A DNA stretch of 64,000 nt, from assembly GCA_037308085.1 (NCBI GenBank), contig CP147779.1:832001-896000 (forward strand), read 5' to 3'. Source of the DNA: Promethearchaeati archaeon SRVP18_Atabeyarchaeia-1 (GTDB lineage: Archaea; Asgardarchaeota; Atabeyarchaeia; Atabeyarchaeales; Atabeyarchaeaceae). The position numbers and the translations under genes are program-made. Below the pieces are notes generated by a model. It was not told the origin of the DNA and searched no databases. It was given only the letters and a program-made list of their open reading frames with translations. Numbering within the stretch: the first letter of the stretch is position 1; every line of letters starts with the position of its first letter. Shown here piece by piece: positions 10,397 through 20,754 of the stretch.

Positions 10397-11077
10397 GTGC
10401 CGGTCATCCAAGCGGGCGGATTTCGAGTAGTTGATACACGAAGGGAATGGAGTCTCGCCGGAGTTGAGTGTGTGAGCAGAGATTGGCAGTATAACGTTCT
10501 AGTATGTGGAATTGGTGGGCAGGGAATTCTGACGACGGCTCAGATTCTGGCTAAGGCAGGCATGTATGAGGGATTCAAGGTGCTTATGGCGGAAATCCAC
10601 GGGATGGCTCAGAGAGGGGGTAGAGTGCCTTGCAGTGTGAGGTTTGGGGACTCGATCAGCTCACCGACTATTCCGGAGGGTGGTGCTAATCTTGTGATCT
10701 CCTTGGAGTTTGCTGAGGCCTTAACAGCACTACCGTTTGCTTCTTCGAAGACCGTGCTTGTTTTGAACAAGCAGATCAGCATTCCACCGATGATTGTGAT
10801 TGGATTAGGTAGGTACCCGACAGCTGATGAGGTTCTGGGTATGGTGAAAAAGACTTCAACGATGGTACTTGTGATTGATGCTCCCAGGATCGCCACGGAG
10901 TTAGGTTCGCAAGTGGCGGCAAACAGCGTCATGCTAGGGGCTGGTGTTGCTGCCGGGAAAGTCCCGGTCAAGAGAGAGTCTGTTGTGGAAGCCATGAAGG
11001 GTGTTTTCTCCGGGAGGAATCTCGAAGTCAATATGAAAGCTTATGAGATGGGTCGGGCCGAAGCCTTGAAAGAATAG
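10397..11077 (+). CDS. iorB: Indolepyruvate:ferredoxin oxidoreductase beta subunit
   Basis: GIGGQG, EIHGMAQRGG and NSVMLG; true start probably near 10472. Confidence 0.92.
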   Translation: MPVIQAGGFRVVDTRREWSLAGVECVSRDWQYNVLVCGIGGQGILTTAQILAKAGMYEGFKVLMAEIHGMAQRGGRVPCSVRFGDSISSPTIPEGGANLVISLEFAEALTALPFASSKTVLVLNKQISIPPMIVIGLGRYPTADEVLGMVKKTSTMVLVIDAPRIATELGSQVAANSVMLGAGVAAGKVPVKRESVVEAMKGVFSGRNLEVNMKAYEMGRAEALKE

Positions 11078-11086
11078 CATCTGCGG

Positions 11087-12331
11087 ATGGGAATCTGTGC
11101 TGGCAAACCTTTTAATTCTACATCCCTCTTCAGTTTCCAGTGCTTCGTTGCTGGTCATGCAGGTCAGTCTGTGAGTGGAGTTGTGCCGAGATTGGGTACA
11201 GATGAAGTCGCGATAATCACGACTAAGGAAGTCTCATTAGAGGACGCTCTTAGGAAGGCAATCGATGCCATAGGTGGCGTCAAACGGTTCATCAGTAGAC
11301 ACGACAGAGTTTTCATCAAACCCAATGCAGTCGTGCCATTGTCAAGTAGCTCCGGGGTCGTGACAAATCCTGCAGTAATCAATGCCCTTGTGAGGATTGT
11401 GCTGGAAGCGGGGGCTGAAAGAGTTATTGTGGGCGATTCGCCTTTCATTCCATACAAGTCGAGAGAAGTTCTTGCAAAAACAGGAATAGAAGAAGCGGCA
11501 AGAGATGCAGGCGCCGAGATCGCCTACTTGGACGAGGAGACATACACTGAGGTCAACGCGCCCGACGCAAAGATAATGAACAAGACCCGACTTCCGAAGT
11601 CTTTCCTTAGTTGCAACGTATTCATCACAGTACCAAAAATGAAGACACACAATCAGACTGTCGTTTCGCTCTCAATCAAGAACCAGCACGGGCTTCTAAG
11701 GTCAGAGGACAAGAGAATAATGCACAGGGATGACATACACCAGAAGATCGTGGACATAACGAGCGTTGCGAAGCCAAACCTGATAGTAATTGATGGAACG
11801 ATAGCCCTTGAAGGACAGGGTCCAACTTACGGGTCACCGGTTGAAGCTAATCTGTTGGTGGCAGGCACCAACGTAGTCTCAACTGATGCTGTCGCATCTT
11901 CCCTCATGGGATTCGATCCAGAAACCATTCCATCTCTCCGACTCGCACAAATTCAAGGACTAGGTACAATGGATCTAAGCAAGATCAACATCAAGGGCGA
12001 AGACCTAAAACGCACAAGGAGACAGTTTGCGAAGCCATCTACAGAGATCGTTGGGATCTTCCCCCACGTGAACGCCTATGTCGGAGGTCCTTGCCAAGGT
12101 GGCTGCTGCGCATGGACACGTGTTGGACTTGATGGAATGAAGAAGTATGGCATATTTGACAAACTTACAGAGAATGTGAACATAATAGTGGGGGTCACGC
12201 CATCAACACCTCAGAGGCTCAGCGGAAAAACATTTGTGATCGGGGACTGCGCTGCTAAGCATAAGGACAAGGGGGTATTTATCGCGGGTTGTCCTCCATT
12301 TGATACTTGGAAGATGCGAAACTACTTCTGA
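11087..12331 (+). CDS. DUF362 Fe-S protein
   Basis: VFIKPN, VTNPAVI, PKMKTH, LSIKN, EGQGP and a C-terminal Cys-rich domain (CQGGCC...GDCA...GCPP); start uncertain. Confidence 0.88.
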   Translation: MGICAGKPFNSTSLFSFQCFVAGHAGQSVSGVVPRLGTDEVAIITTKEVSLEDALRKAIDAIGGVKRFISRHDRVFIKPNAVVPLSSSSGVVTNPAVINALVRIVLEAGAERVIVGDSPFIPYKSREVLAKTGIEEAARDAGAEIAYLDEETYTEVNAPDAKIMNKTRLPKSFLSCNVFITVPKMKTHNQTVVSLSIKNQHGLLRSEDKRIMHRDDIHQKIVDITSVAKPNLIVIDGTIALEGQGPTYGSPVEANLLVAGTNVVSTDAVASSLMGFDPETIPSLRLAQIQGLGTMDLSKINIKGEDLKRTRRQFAKPSTEIVGIFPHVNAYVGGPCQGGCCAWTRVGLDGMKKYGIFDKLTENVNIIVGVTPSTPQRLSGKTFVIGDCAAKHKDKGVFIAGCPPFDTWKMRNYF

Positions 12332-12365
12332 ACGCGAGGTGCGGAACGGGTCGGTTGCTTTTCAG

Positions 12366-13403
12366 TCATTGCAGAATGACCTTATTTGTTTTCCTGCTGG
12401 CGAAGAGCTCGAAAGCCTCGTTTATCTTCTCAAGTGGGAGTCTATGGCTAATAAGAGGTTCAAGCTTGACTCTACTATTTTGAACCAGTTCGATAAACTT
12501 GTCAGCTTCACTGGCTACATGGGCAAAGCTGCCTATGATTGAAATCTCTCTCCACATTATTGCTCTAACTGCGGTTTCGACTGGTTTATCGTGCACAGCT
12601 ACAAGAAGGAATTTGCCTCCTTTTGCAGTTGCATCGAATGCCTGCGCGTAGGTTGCTGGCGCACCAGCTGCGTCGACAGTGAGGTCAACGCCGCGCCCAT
12701 TAGAGTCCTCCTTGATGAATTTGACAGGGTCGTTTTCCTTCGAGTTCACCGTGGTGTCGGCGCCTAGCTCCTTTGCCAGCAACAATCTATCTGGAACAAC
12801 ATCAATAGCAATTACTCTACCTGCACCAGCCACCCTCGCCATCTGCAACAGACACTGCCCTACAGGACCTAGACCCCATATTGCCACGGTGTCTCCAGGC
12901 ATGATATCTGCCCTGCGCAACGCGTGGGCAGCCGTGCTCAGCGTGTCACCCATTAATGACCCGACTTCATAGCTGATTCCTGAAGGTAAGTTGTAGAGAG
13001 AAGAGCTGGGAGCCATGACATATTCAGCAAAGCATCCTTCACGCGGCCCGATGGCTCCAAACACGCCTCTCTGGTCACAGAGGTTCTCTCTTCCGCTTCT
13101 ACAATAGTAGCAGACGCCACACGAGTAATGGGGCGCCGAGAACACGCGATCTCCTTTTCTGAATGACTTAACACTGGTTCCAGTCTCGACCACATCTCCG
13201 CCCCATTCATGGCCCATTATCATTGGAATCCTTGGAGCCTTCATTCCCCCTTCATACAAGTGCAGGTCCGTGCCGCATAGTGCCGCGGCTCTGACTCTCA
13301 CGAGCACTTCATCTTCTTTCGGCTGGGGAAGCTGGGTCTCCCCGATCACGAATTTGGGTTTCTTGTCAGGACCCTGAAATAGTGAAGCCTTCATCCGGAC
13401 CAT
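12366..13403 (-). CDS. Zinc-dependent alcohol dehydrogenase (MDR family)
   Basis: CGTDLH, GHE, CGVCYYC...C and GLGPVG. Confidence 0.93.
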   Translation of the reverse strand: MVRMKASLFQGPDKKPKFVIGETQLPQPKEDEVLVRVRAAALCGTDLHLYEGGMKAPRIPMIMGHEWGGDVVETGTSVKSFRKGDRVFSAPHYSCGVCYYCRSGRENLCDQRGVFGAIGPREGCFAEYVMAPSSSLYNLPSGISYEVGSLMGDTLSTAAHALRRADIMPGDTVAIWGLGPVGQCLLQMARVAGAGRVIAIDVVPDRLLLAKELGADTTVNSKENDPVKFIKEDSNGRGVDLTVDAAGAPATYAQAFDATAKGGKFLLVAVHDKPVETAVRAIMWREISIIGSFAHVASEADKFIELVQNSRVKLEPLISHRLPLEKINEAFELFASRKTNKVILQ

Positions 13404-13440
13404 AGGTTGAAAACACTCCAGATCTAGAAACTGATTGCAA

Positions 13441-13668
13441 CTAAGTGCGAGCTCGTTTCCACTGACTATAGGCCAGTCTTACATCCTTGTCGGTAATAGT
13501 TTTCCTGTTGGCATGCTCCGACAGTTCCCTTGCAATTCTGGAGATCTCAAGCCCGATCTCTTCTAGTGCAACAGCCAGAGCGACTGACGCCTTATCGCCA
13601 ACTCTCTCAGCTCCTGCCTTACGGATGATGCGATCGACAGAGGCCTTGGGTAGAATTGTTTCTGGCAA
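13441..13668 (-). CDS. Archaeal histone
   Basis: LPKASVDRIIRKAGAERV...HANRKTITDKDVRLA histone fold. Confidence 0.93.
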   Translation of the reverse strand: MPETILPKASVDRIIRKAGAERVGDKASVALAVALEEIGLEISRIARELSEHANRKTITDKDVRLAYSQWKRART

Positions 13669-13885
13669 ATCATACGTCCCCCGATTTGAGATTTAGAAGT
13701 ACTGATCGTCCCGATCGGATAATAAAGGTACCTCACTTTCTCTTTTCCTTAAAAATCCTTGTCTTTCTGAACGGCCTGATCACTTGAGTTAAGCTCCTTC
13801 AAGTCGTGATCAAAGCCAGGGGGAAGCGGTGTACCTCAGAATACGGGCTGATGGAGTTCAGGTCAACCCGCCTCCAACGAGAGAT

Positions 13886-14464
13886 TCAGCTTCTCTCATC
13901 CTGCGAGCGAATAGTGAACTCACAGAATCCTTTTTCGCATATCTTTGCCGTGTTCTCGTGCCTGGTGGCCATGCCAAGCTTACTGAACAGCGTATCGGTG
14001 TTGGCAAGGCATCCGTGTCTGCAAGGCAAGAACTTGGACTCCTTATCTCCGAGCTTATCCTTCAATTCGGCAAAAGCAGCACAGTTTGCGACCCTCAAAA
14101 CCAGCGTTTTGGGGTTGCTTTCTGCGACACTTAACTTGTCCAGCGGTCTTGTTGCCATAAACCCAAGTTCAAGGAGACGTTGGGGGACGCTGGGGAACTT
14201 CATACCGGTTTTCTCGGCCACTTGATAGATAATCACGCCAGAGCGATCCAGCGAATCCCTTTCTGACTTGGCGAGGGATACTGACAATTCGTTCACGTAT
14301 CGTCCCAGCGATTTTTGGGCGATGCCGTCAATCTCTTTGGCGTTTTTTCCCTTACATAGGGAAATGAAATCGCTAATCGCCCTGTCCATGTTGAAACTGT
14401 GTGAGAAACGTGACAACAGATCTTCTGGGAAGTAGTAATCGTACAGCTCTTCTTCATTACTCAT
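13886..14464 (-). CDS. Hypothetical protein with V4R/ATC-hydrolase-like Cys pattern
   Basis: ATG at 14464 overlaps the upstream TGA; C-terminal C...PCxxxC...CxxxxCEF pattern. Confidence 0.6.
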   Translation of the reverse strand: MSNEEELYDYYFPEDLLSRFSHSFNMDRAISDFISLCKGKNAKEIDGIAQKSLGRYVNELSVSLAKSERDSLDRSGVIIYQVAEKTGMKFPSVPQRLLELGFMATRPLDKLSVAESNPKTLVLRVANCAAFAELKDKLGDKESKFLPCRHGCLANTDTLFSKLGMATRHENTAKICEKGFCEFTIRSQDERS

Positions 14465-14733
14465 TGTCCCTTCTTCTCCTCTTGGGGTACTAGCCTTATT
14501 GCGCCCTTTGGGCAGACAGAGGTGCAAAGGTTGCAGAGAACGCACGCTGCCTGAAAGGGTGCGAATAGGAAGAACTCTTTGCTCAATGCATACTTCTTCA
14601 CTTTTGTGGGTATTGCCGCAAAAACCGCTTCTGGGCAGACTTGCATACATTTCTTGCACTCCATGGGATTTCTGCACTTCGAGGCGTCCACCTCAATCTT
14701 GACGCTTCCCAGCTTCTTCATTGGCCAGTTCAT
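14461..14733 (-). CDS. 2x[4Fe-4S] ferredoxin
   Basis: CRNPMECKKCMQVCP and CVLCNLCTSVCP. Confidence 0.88.
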   Translation of the reverse strand: MNWPMKKLGSVKIEVDASKCRNPMECKKCMQVCPEAVFAAIPTKVKKYALSKEFFLFAPFQAACVLCNLCTSVCPKGAIRLVPQEEKKGQ

Positions 14734-14748
14734 CCTCCAAGCCTCGAC

Positions 14749-15564
14749 CTACCACGAGTCTGCAAGAATAGGAAACTTTGACTTTGGTTCTAGGTGAATT
14801 GCCTGTCTAGAGCATCCAGTTTGGCATAATCCACAACCAAAACATCTGAACATATCTATTGTTACTTTCTCAGAAGACGGGGAATACTTTAGCGCGCCAA
14901 ATTGGCAGCGCGAAACGCAAGCTCTGCAGCCGTTACACTTGCTAGTATCTACGAGGGCCACGTAGTGCCCCTTGACAAGAGCTTTGACGTCGTAGTCGAG
15001 TCTCCCGCGAAGCCCAATACATGACTCATACTCGCAGTTGCAGATGCCGCCAATGAAGGGCGTGCCGAAGGTCCAAGTTGTGTGGACAACGCCTTTTCTA
15101 TCTAGCTTCTCGATGAACTTTTTGGCCTCGCCTGGAGATATGAAATCGACGCCTCCTCGGTAAGTGTCGGGCCAGCGCTCCCATTTATACATCCCAGCGC
15201 CGATGCCTAGGCAATAGAAGTTCTCCTCATCAGGCATTCCTCTTGCCTGTCTTCTGCAGGCACACGTAATGGTTGCTATCGGCCACGCTATGTCTAAGAT
15301 TCTCTCCATGTCCTGTAAAGGGACTACCTGTCCAAAATGTGTGCGGTGAAGAAAACCTTCAATGTTCTTCTTTACTGATGGCCATTGCTCAGTGTTAATT
15401 TTAGAAACGGCATCCTTTAGCTGTTCAAGGACGACACGTTGGAAATCGACGTCACTCCCGCCCTTTGCTTCTGCCTTTCTCTCTTTGTATATCTTCCTAG
15501 CGTAGTTTTTTGCGTTAAGGTACCATAGCTTTCCGTCCCCGTGTTGGATACACCAGTCACACAT
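14749..15564 (-). CDS. 4Fe-4S binding protein
   Basis: N-terminal CDWC, CACR and ICNC..C motifs plus two C-terminal CxxCxxCxxxC motifs. Confidence 0.85.
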   Translation of the reverse strand: MCDWCIQHGDGKLWYLNAKNYARKIYKERKAEAKGGSDVDFQRVVLEQLKDAVSKINTEQWPSVKKNIEGFLHRTHFGQVVPLQDMERILDIAWPIATITCACRRQARGMPDEENFYCLGIGAGMYKWERWPDTYRGGVDFISPGEAKKFIEKLDRKGVVHTTWTFGTPFIGGICNCEYESCIGLRGRLDYDVKALVKGHYVALVDTSKCNGCRACVSRCQFGALKYSPSSEKVTIDMFRCFGCGLCQTGCSRQAIHLEPKSKFPILADSW

Positions 15565-15758
15565 TGCCTTATGGCAAGCCCCCGAGCTGCGCGTCTACTA
15601 CCTAGTTGGGTAATGATCATAATGCTATTTAGCTATTCTTGTGTTCCGGGTCCGGCGACTGGGAGCCAGAACCCGCTCGATATTGAAGCCATAGCGGCAA
15701 GGTTCGCCGGAAGTATTGATTTCAATTCTCTCTTCCTCGTGCAAGACTATATATCCGG

Positions 15759-17090
15759 GGTTTCAACCTATGTAGGCGTAGGTAGGTATGCGTCAGCGTA
15801 CCTATCGTATGCTACGTAGATCTGGGGCTTCACAGCATCATGTAGGAGCCTCACGAGTTCATCGGTTCCCCTCCGCTCCGCCCCCGTCAGGACGTACCCA
15901 CCCGCAAGGAGCGTAGGCAGGATGGTTTCATCCCACCGCTTCTTCTCATGGGGAACGCCCTCCATCCTCAGGTACAGGTTAATGGCGGCGTTGAGCTGCC
16001 TATCTATCCGCAGCCCACAGCTCCGGCACTCGAAGACTGCTGCTCCTCTTAGGTCTTTGTTTATCCACCCGCATCTGGAGCACCTCTTCGAGGTGAACTG
16101 GGGAGGCACCTCAACTCCTCCTGCAAGCCTCCTTATTTCGCGCCAGTCCGTGCGTGCTATCCGGCGATTCCACTTCCTGGAACGCGTATACAGCCTCTCC
16201 TTTCTTAGAGCTTCGAATCCGTTGGCGTCTGAGAGAGATCGCATCACCCTCGCCACTTCAACCTGGTGCTTCCTCGCACGGTTCCTCTCCCTTCCACGAT
16301 ACTTTGCGAGGACCCTCTTCGCCCTCTTGGACTTCGAGGTCTTCCTCTGCACGCTGCGCCTCTTCTCGAAGCTCGACACGTGGACCGAGGCTAGCCTCCT
16401 CGTGTCAATCTTCACCCACCCTGTCTCAGGGCTATAGCCGTCCATGGATAGCATATTCGAGTCCCACGCTACCACCTCAGCAGTTTTCTCCTTCTCCTCC
16501 TCTTCTGTCACATGGATGGGTAGGTGTATTTTGTCTGGCGTGATGACAGGTTCTCCTATGCCGTTGGAGGATACGTTGTCGGGCAGCTTGAAGTAGCGTC
16601 TTGACAAGTCGATGTAGGCGAAGAGGTGCGGCTTCAGGGTGATCCTGAGCGTGTCACCCTCAAGTTTGAGGAGGGTCTGCTTGATGCGCAGGAAAAGTCT
16701 CTTCGCTCGCGGGCACACCCGCCGCCTCTCACCCTTGTCGTAGTTCCTCTTCCATGAAGACATGATGCTGAAGGCCGTCTTCGTGGCGGAGTCAACCCAG
16801 TGCGCAGCGTAGACCCAGTTCTGCAGGTACCTGTCTCTCAACCCGCGCTTGAAGGCATTGTCCCTCCTGTACTTTGGAGAGTCTGTGCTACTTCTTGCCT
16901 TTCAGTTGGTGCTTTCTCCACTCTACTGTCCGCCAGATGTCTTGTAGCGAGGTGTTGAGAAGGTCATTGCAGGCAGCCATTAGGCCGCTGAGTGCTTCGC
17001 CCCGGTTATGACTGAGCGAATAGGTTCTTAGCGTCCCGGTCCACCTCACCGTATTCAATCCTGGCTTCACATCCACAAGGCTGTGGAACC
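15759..17090 (-). mobile_element. tnpB-only IS200/IS605/IS607-like element
   Basis: tnpB pseudogene; short hairpin TCCACA-GCCT-TGTGGA near the 5' end; long hairpin at 15768-15819 at the 3' end; both putative ends read GGTT(C/T)CA. No transposase gene. Ends approximate. Confidence 0.75.
15768..17070 (-). pseudogene. tnpB: TnpB (Cas12f-like RuvC nuclease), disrupted
   Basis: RuvC-I VVAWDSN, RuvC-II GFEAL, Zn finger CSRCG...CRSCG and DRQLNAAINL; N-terminus broken by TAG at 16888-16890 and a frameshift near 16878. Confidence 0.88.
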
Positions 17091-17272
17091 ATAATAATAT
17101 AAACGACAACATTACTTACACATGCCTGCCCAAGCCTACGAAACTTAACTGCTGAATACGGCAAACCTGAATTCGCATGACGTATACGTTCATAGACCCA
17201 TATAGACTGGAACTGCTTAGAGAGACATTCCAGTTATGGCTTGTGAGCCAATGAGTACACGTCTGTTCTTTA

Positions 17273-18604
17273 TTGGTTCAAACAAGGTTCAGATTTGTGG
17301 GGGCATGCGGTCTCCACCCTAGGACGCTGAGAGAAGGTTGTTCTAAGTTGGTCGGTGAGCTTAGGGTTCCATATGGAAACGGAATGCTGTTCTTTGGTCT
17401 GCCCGAAGAATGGAGCCTAATTTCAAATCTCTCTCCGCAAGATCCAGATCCACTACGTGATCTGAGTGCTACCCTAGCCGGCTCCCTTAGGAACCCCATC
17501 GGTTGCCCCGGAATAGCAGAGCTGGCATCAGGTCGGAAGAGAGTTGCAGTCATAATTGATGACAAGACCCGTCCGACCCCTGCAGATCGACTGATCCCCG
17601 TAGTTCTCAAGGAACTGGAAGCGGCCGGCGTAAAGGATAAGGATGTGACAGTCGTCGTGGGCAGAGGATTACACCCCAAGATGACTGAAAGCGAACTAGC
17701 AGCCAAAATCGGAAAAACTGTCTTGGAATCGGTGAACGTTGCGGATCACAATGCAGACTCCGGCTTCATTCCTCTGGGCAAGACATCGAACAACGTACCC
17801 ATATCTGTAAATAGCCTCGTTGCAGGGTCCGATCTGAAGATCGGCCTGGGTTCGATCTTCCCTCACGAGCTGCTTGGATTTACTGGCGGATCAAGTATTA
17901 TTGTACCAGGAGTGGCCTCTCGGGAAACTATAAACAAGAATCACATGCTCGTCGGCAAGTTCGACGCTGAGTTTGGCAGAATAGAAGGGAACCTGATCAG
18001 AAGCGATTCTGAGGAGGCAGCCAGAAAAACGGGACTCGACATCATCGTAAATGTTGTGCTGAACTCAAAGGATGAAGTGATTAACCTCAGCGTGGGGGAT
18101 GTTGTCAGGGCTCATCGAGAAGGAGTCGCCGTCTCACAGAAGGTTCACGGGGTTAAAATAGAGAAGCTTGCCGACGTTACGATCGTCTCCTCGAGTCCAA
18201 AGGGAACCACGTTTGGGAAGGGGCTCAAAGCCATCTTCGCGGCTGATCTTGCCACTAAGCCTAACGGAACAATAATCTTCGCGTCTCCGTGCAACGAGGG
18301 GATCTCATCAAGCGAAGTATTCCGTGAGATGTTGCTGACTAACCCTGGCCCAAAGTTCCTCTTCAAGCTTCTCAAGGGTGGAGAACTTCCTGGAGAAAGT
18401 TGTGTGCTATACTTGTTCTCACTCGTCAAGAAGAGAAAGAAGATAATTCTCGTCTCAGAAGGCGTGTCGTCTACCGAAGCAGAAAAGATTGGAATCAATA
18501 GTGCCAACAGCATTGAAGAAGCAATCGTGGCATCAGGGAAGAAGAAGGCTGATGTATACGTCATGCCAAGGGGATCCATAACACTGCCAATCTTGCGGCG
18601 ATAG
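17273..18604 (+). CDS. larA: LarA-family nickel-pincer racemase/epimerase
   Basis: DDKTRPTP, GRGLH, DHNA and PHELLGFTGG motifs; start uncertain. Confidence 0.85.
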   Translation: MVQTRFRFVGACGLHPRTLREGCSKLVGELRVPYGNGMLFFGLPEEWSLISNLSPQDPDPLRDLSATLAGSLRNPIGCPGIAELASGRKRVAVIIDDKTRPTPADRLIPVVLKELEAAGVKDKDVTVVVGRGLHPKMTESELAAKIGKTVLESVNVADHNADSGFIPLGKTSNNVPISVNSLVAGSDLKIGLGSIFPHELLGFTGGSSIIVPGVASRETINKNHMLVGKFDAEFGRIEGNLIRSDSEEAARKTGLDIIVNVVLNSKDEVINLSVGDVVRAHREGVAVSQKVHGVKIEKLADVTIVSSSPKGTTFGKGLKAIFAADLATKPNGTIIFASPCNEGISSSEVFREMLLTNPGPKFLFKLLKGGELPGESCVLYLFSLVKKRKKIILVSEGVSSTEAEKIGINSANSIEEAIVASGKKKADVYVMPRGSITLPILRR

Positions 18605-18630
18605 CGGGAAGCCGTTTAGGAGGCCCATCC

Positions 18631-19542
18631 TTGTCGAAATTTAGAGCTGAACAAACGATAATCGACATACACGGTCTCAAGATCGGAGGGCAACCTGGAC
18701 AACTACCCACACTTGTGATTCCTTGCCTATTCAATCCGCGCATGAAGGAGGTCTCCGACCACAAGGCAGGTGTCTTCGACAAGAATCGGGTTAGGGTCTA
18801 CCTCGAACGCGTTAGAAAGATGAGTGAGAGTACAGGCAGCCCCTATGCGATCGATGTCATGGCGACGACTCCAGAGGCGATGACCCGGTACATTGAGTTT
18901 ATTACTGGAGAACCAGATGAACTGCCATTTCTGTTCGATGCAATAGAGCCCAAGACCCGTATCGCAGCGGCACAACTTGCAAAGTCGATCGGCGTTGAAG
19001 ACAGAGCCATCTGGAATTCTCTTTCCACAACATCCACTGAAGAGGAATTCAGCGCGGTTATTCAGAACGGAATTGTGAACGTAATAGCGCAGGCTTTTGA
19101 TAGGAAGGATCCATCGCCGAAAGGCTCCCTTGCGTGCTTAACTAGCAAAGGCCTACTCAGCAGGGTCACGCGCTCTATGCCGAAGGGCATACTCATAGAC
19201 GTGCCCGTATTCGATGTTGCAAGCATGGGCGCCACCTCAGAAGCCCTCTCGCTTGTCAGGAGCGAGCTCGGTCTACCGGCAGGGTGCGCGCCAGCTAACG
19301 CCACATACCAGTGGAGGGAGAAAAGAACCGACCTCCTGAGAAAGAACTTTGGCTCAGTCCACGCAGCTGCTTGTGTCATAATGCAATTCAGCGGAGCAAA
19401 CTACCTGCTGATTGGGCCGATTGGAGGTGCAACGAGAATATTCAAGGCTTGCGCCATGACTGACGCAATGATTGCTTACGCGGCTATGACCAAAGGCGTG
19501 AGGCCTCTGGTCAAAACACATCCTATCTATAGCATCTTCTAG
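18631..19542 (+). CDS. MtrH-family corrinoid:pterin methyltransferase
   Basis: EQTIIDIHGLKIGGQPGQLPT, LIDVPV, GLPAGCAPAN, GANYLLIGPI and the C-terminal HPI. Confidence 0.85.
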   Translation: MSKFRAEQTIIDIHGLKIGGQPGQLPTLVIPCLFNPRMKEVSDHKAGVFDKNRVRVYLERVRKMSESTGSPYAIDVMATTPEAMTRYIEFITGEPDELPFLFDAIEPKTRIAAAQLAKSIGVEDRAIWNSLSTTSTEEEFSAVIQNGIVNVIAQAFDRKDPSPKGSLACLTSKGLLSRVTRSMPKGILIDVPVFDVASMGATSEALSLVRSELGLPAGCAPANATYQWREKRTDLLRKNFGSVHAAACVIMQFSGANYLLIGPIGGATRIFKACAMTDAMIAYAAMTKGVRPLVKTHPIYSIF

Positions 19543-19594
19543 GAGGAAAAAAGGGAGACCAAGTCAGATGCGAGTCAATCTCTTAGATCGAATT

Positions 19595-20563
19595 CTATTC
19601 AAATGACTTCTTCAGCAGTTCAACATCGACTCGGCCAGCATGGTACAGTTTGCCAGTCTTCAAGTCATTGATGGTTATCTCGGCGGGTGCAAAGAGTCCC
19701 GGGTCGATCTTGTAGAAATCATATCCCGCTGCTTTGAATGTCTGATGGAATGGCCTGCCGTAGTCTTTTGAAGACGATGATGGGACTTTGTTTATTATGT
19801 CTGAGAGATCTTCTTCCTCAGCTTCGACGGTCAGGTATACTCTTCCTGCTGCAAGTATCACGTCGTTTGTTCTGCCCATTGCCTTTGCGGAATTTGGATG
19901 GATCGGTGCTATCGGTGCTACTCCACACGCGTGCCTTATCTTCTTGGGATCAAAGCCGACCTCGGACAGCTTGTGTATCCCAGTTTCCACGACTCTGCCG
20001 GAAATCTGAACGGAACCAACAACAGAGCTGGTGGGCGCGACAATCACATAAAGATCCGAGTACGAAACAAGACACTTGCCTGCTATTGTTTCAACTATAT
20101 CGTTGTCGACGGTGTGGTCCGTCTCAATCACTATCACGGCCTGTTTTGCCTTATCTTCATAGGAGATTTTCTCGTAGATCTCCTTGGGTTCCAGAGATAG
20201 AGCTCTCGCAGGGCCCGAACCCATCCCGAAGATCTTCTTTTCCTTGTCCTTTATTCTCCACCCCGCAAACTGGGAACCCAGCGTGGCGATGGCTGGGTAG
20301 CCTGTCTCCACAAAGATTGAGGGCAGAATTAAGCCTCCGCCGTAGTCAATCATCGATAGACTTGCTGTTCCAAGTCCACCTAGACAAACCTCAGTCACAA
20401 ACCTCCCCGCATTGAAGCTTCCCTTCGCTTCTATACCGGCATCAAGCACGGTAGCTCCGTTTTCCGTTCTTGTTACCTTGATCCTTAACTCATCTGCATA
20501 CTCTATCATTTCCTGCACTATCGGTAGAGCGCTAGAGTTGACACTAACATCATTTTCCGCCAT
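19595..20563 (-). CDS. mch: Methenyl-H4MPT cyclohydrolase
   Basis: SVN, CLGGLG, LGSQFAGW, GSGPARAL, AMGRTND and DFYKIDPGLFAPA. Confidence 0.97.
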   Translation of the reverse strand: MAENDVSVNSSALPIVQEMIEYADELRIKVTRTENGATVLDAGIEAKGSFNAGRFVTEVCLGGLGTASLSMIDYGGGLILPSIFVETGYPAIATLGSQFAGWRIKDKEKKIFGMGSGPARALSLEPKEIYEKISYEDKAKQAVIVIETDHTVDNDIVETIAGKCLVSYSDLYVIVAPTSSVVGSVQISGRVVETGIHKLSEVGFDPKKIRHACGVAPIAPIHPNSAKAMGRTNDVILAAGRVYLTVEAEEEDLSDIINKVPSSSSKDYGRPFHQTFKAAGYDFYKIDPGLFAPAEITINDLKTGKLYHAGRVDVELLKKSFE

Positions 20564-20754
20564 AGAATGGTGGTCTCCTCAAGTTAAGCCAGTTCCTAGA
20601 TTCGCTTCAAACACAAGAAATACCTTTCCTTGGTACCATCCTATATGGCTTTGGTATCGCAGGGATGACACCAGAGCGGCGATGTAGCTTATAATCAGTG
20701 CGAGGCCGCGTCTGCCACAGACCAGAAAAAGTAGAGGCAAGCAAATACATGATC

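Noticed and set aside
2752-15768. GTTGAAAC/GTTGAAAA motifs at about 2752, 13406 and 15760 as CRISPR repeat ends
   Set aside because: Isolated, kilobases apart, with no repeat-spacer periodicity and no cas genes.
16888-16890. TAG in tnpB as pyrrolysine or read-through
   Set aside because: It is followed within about 10 nt by a frameshift; simple decay.
15751-17098. TIR/TSD structure for the tnpB element like that of the MITE
   Set aside because: The ends share only GGTT(C/T)CA and no target duplication was found.
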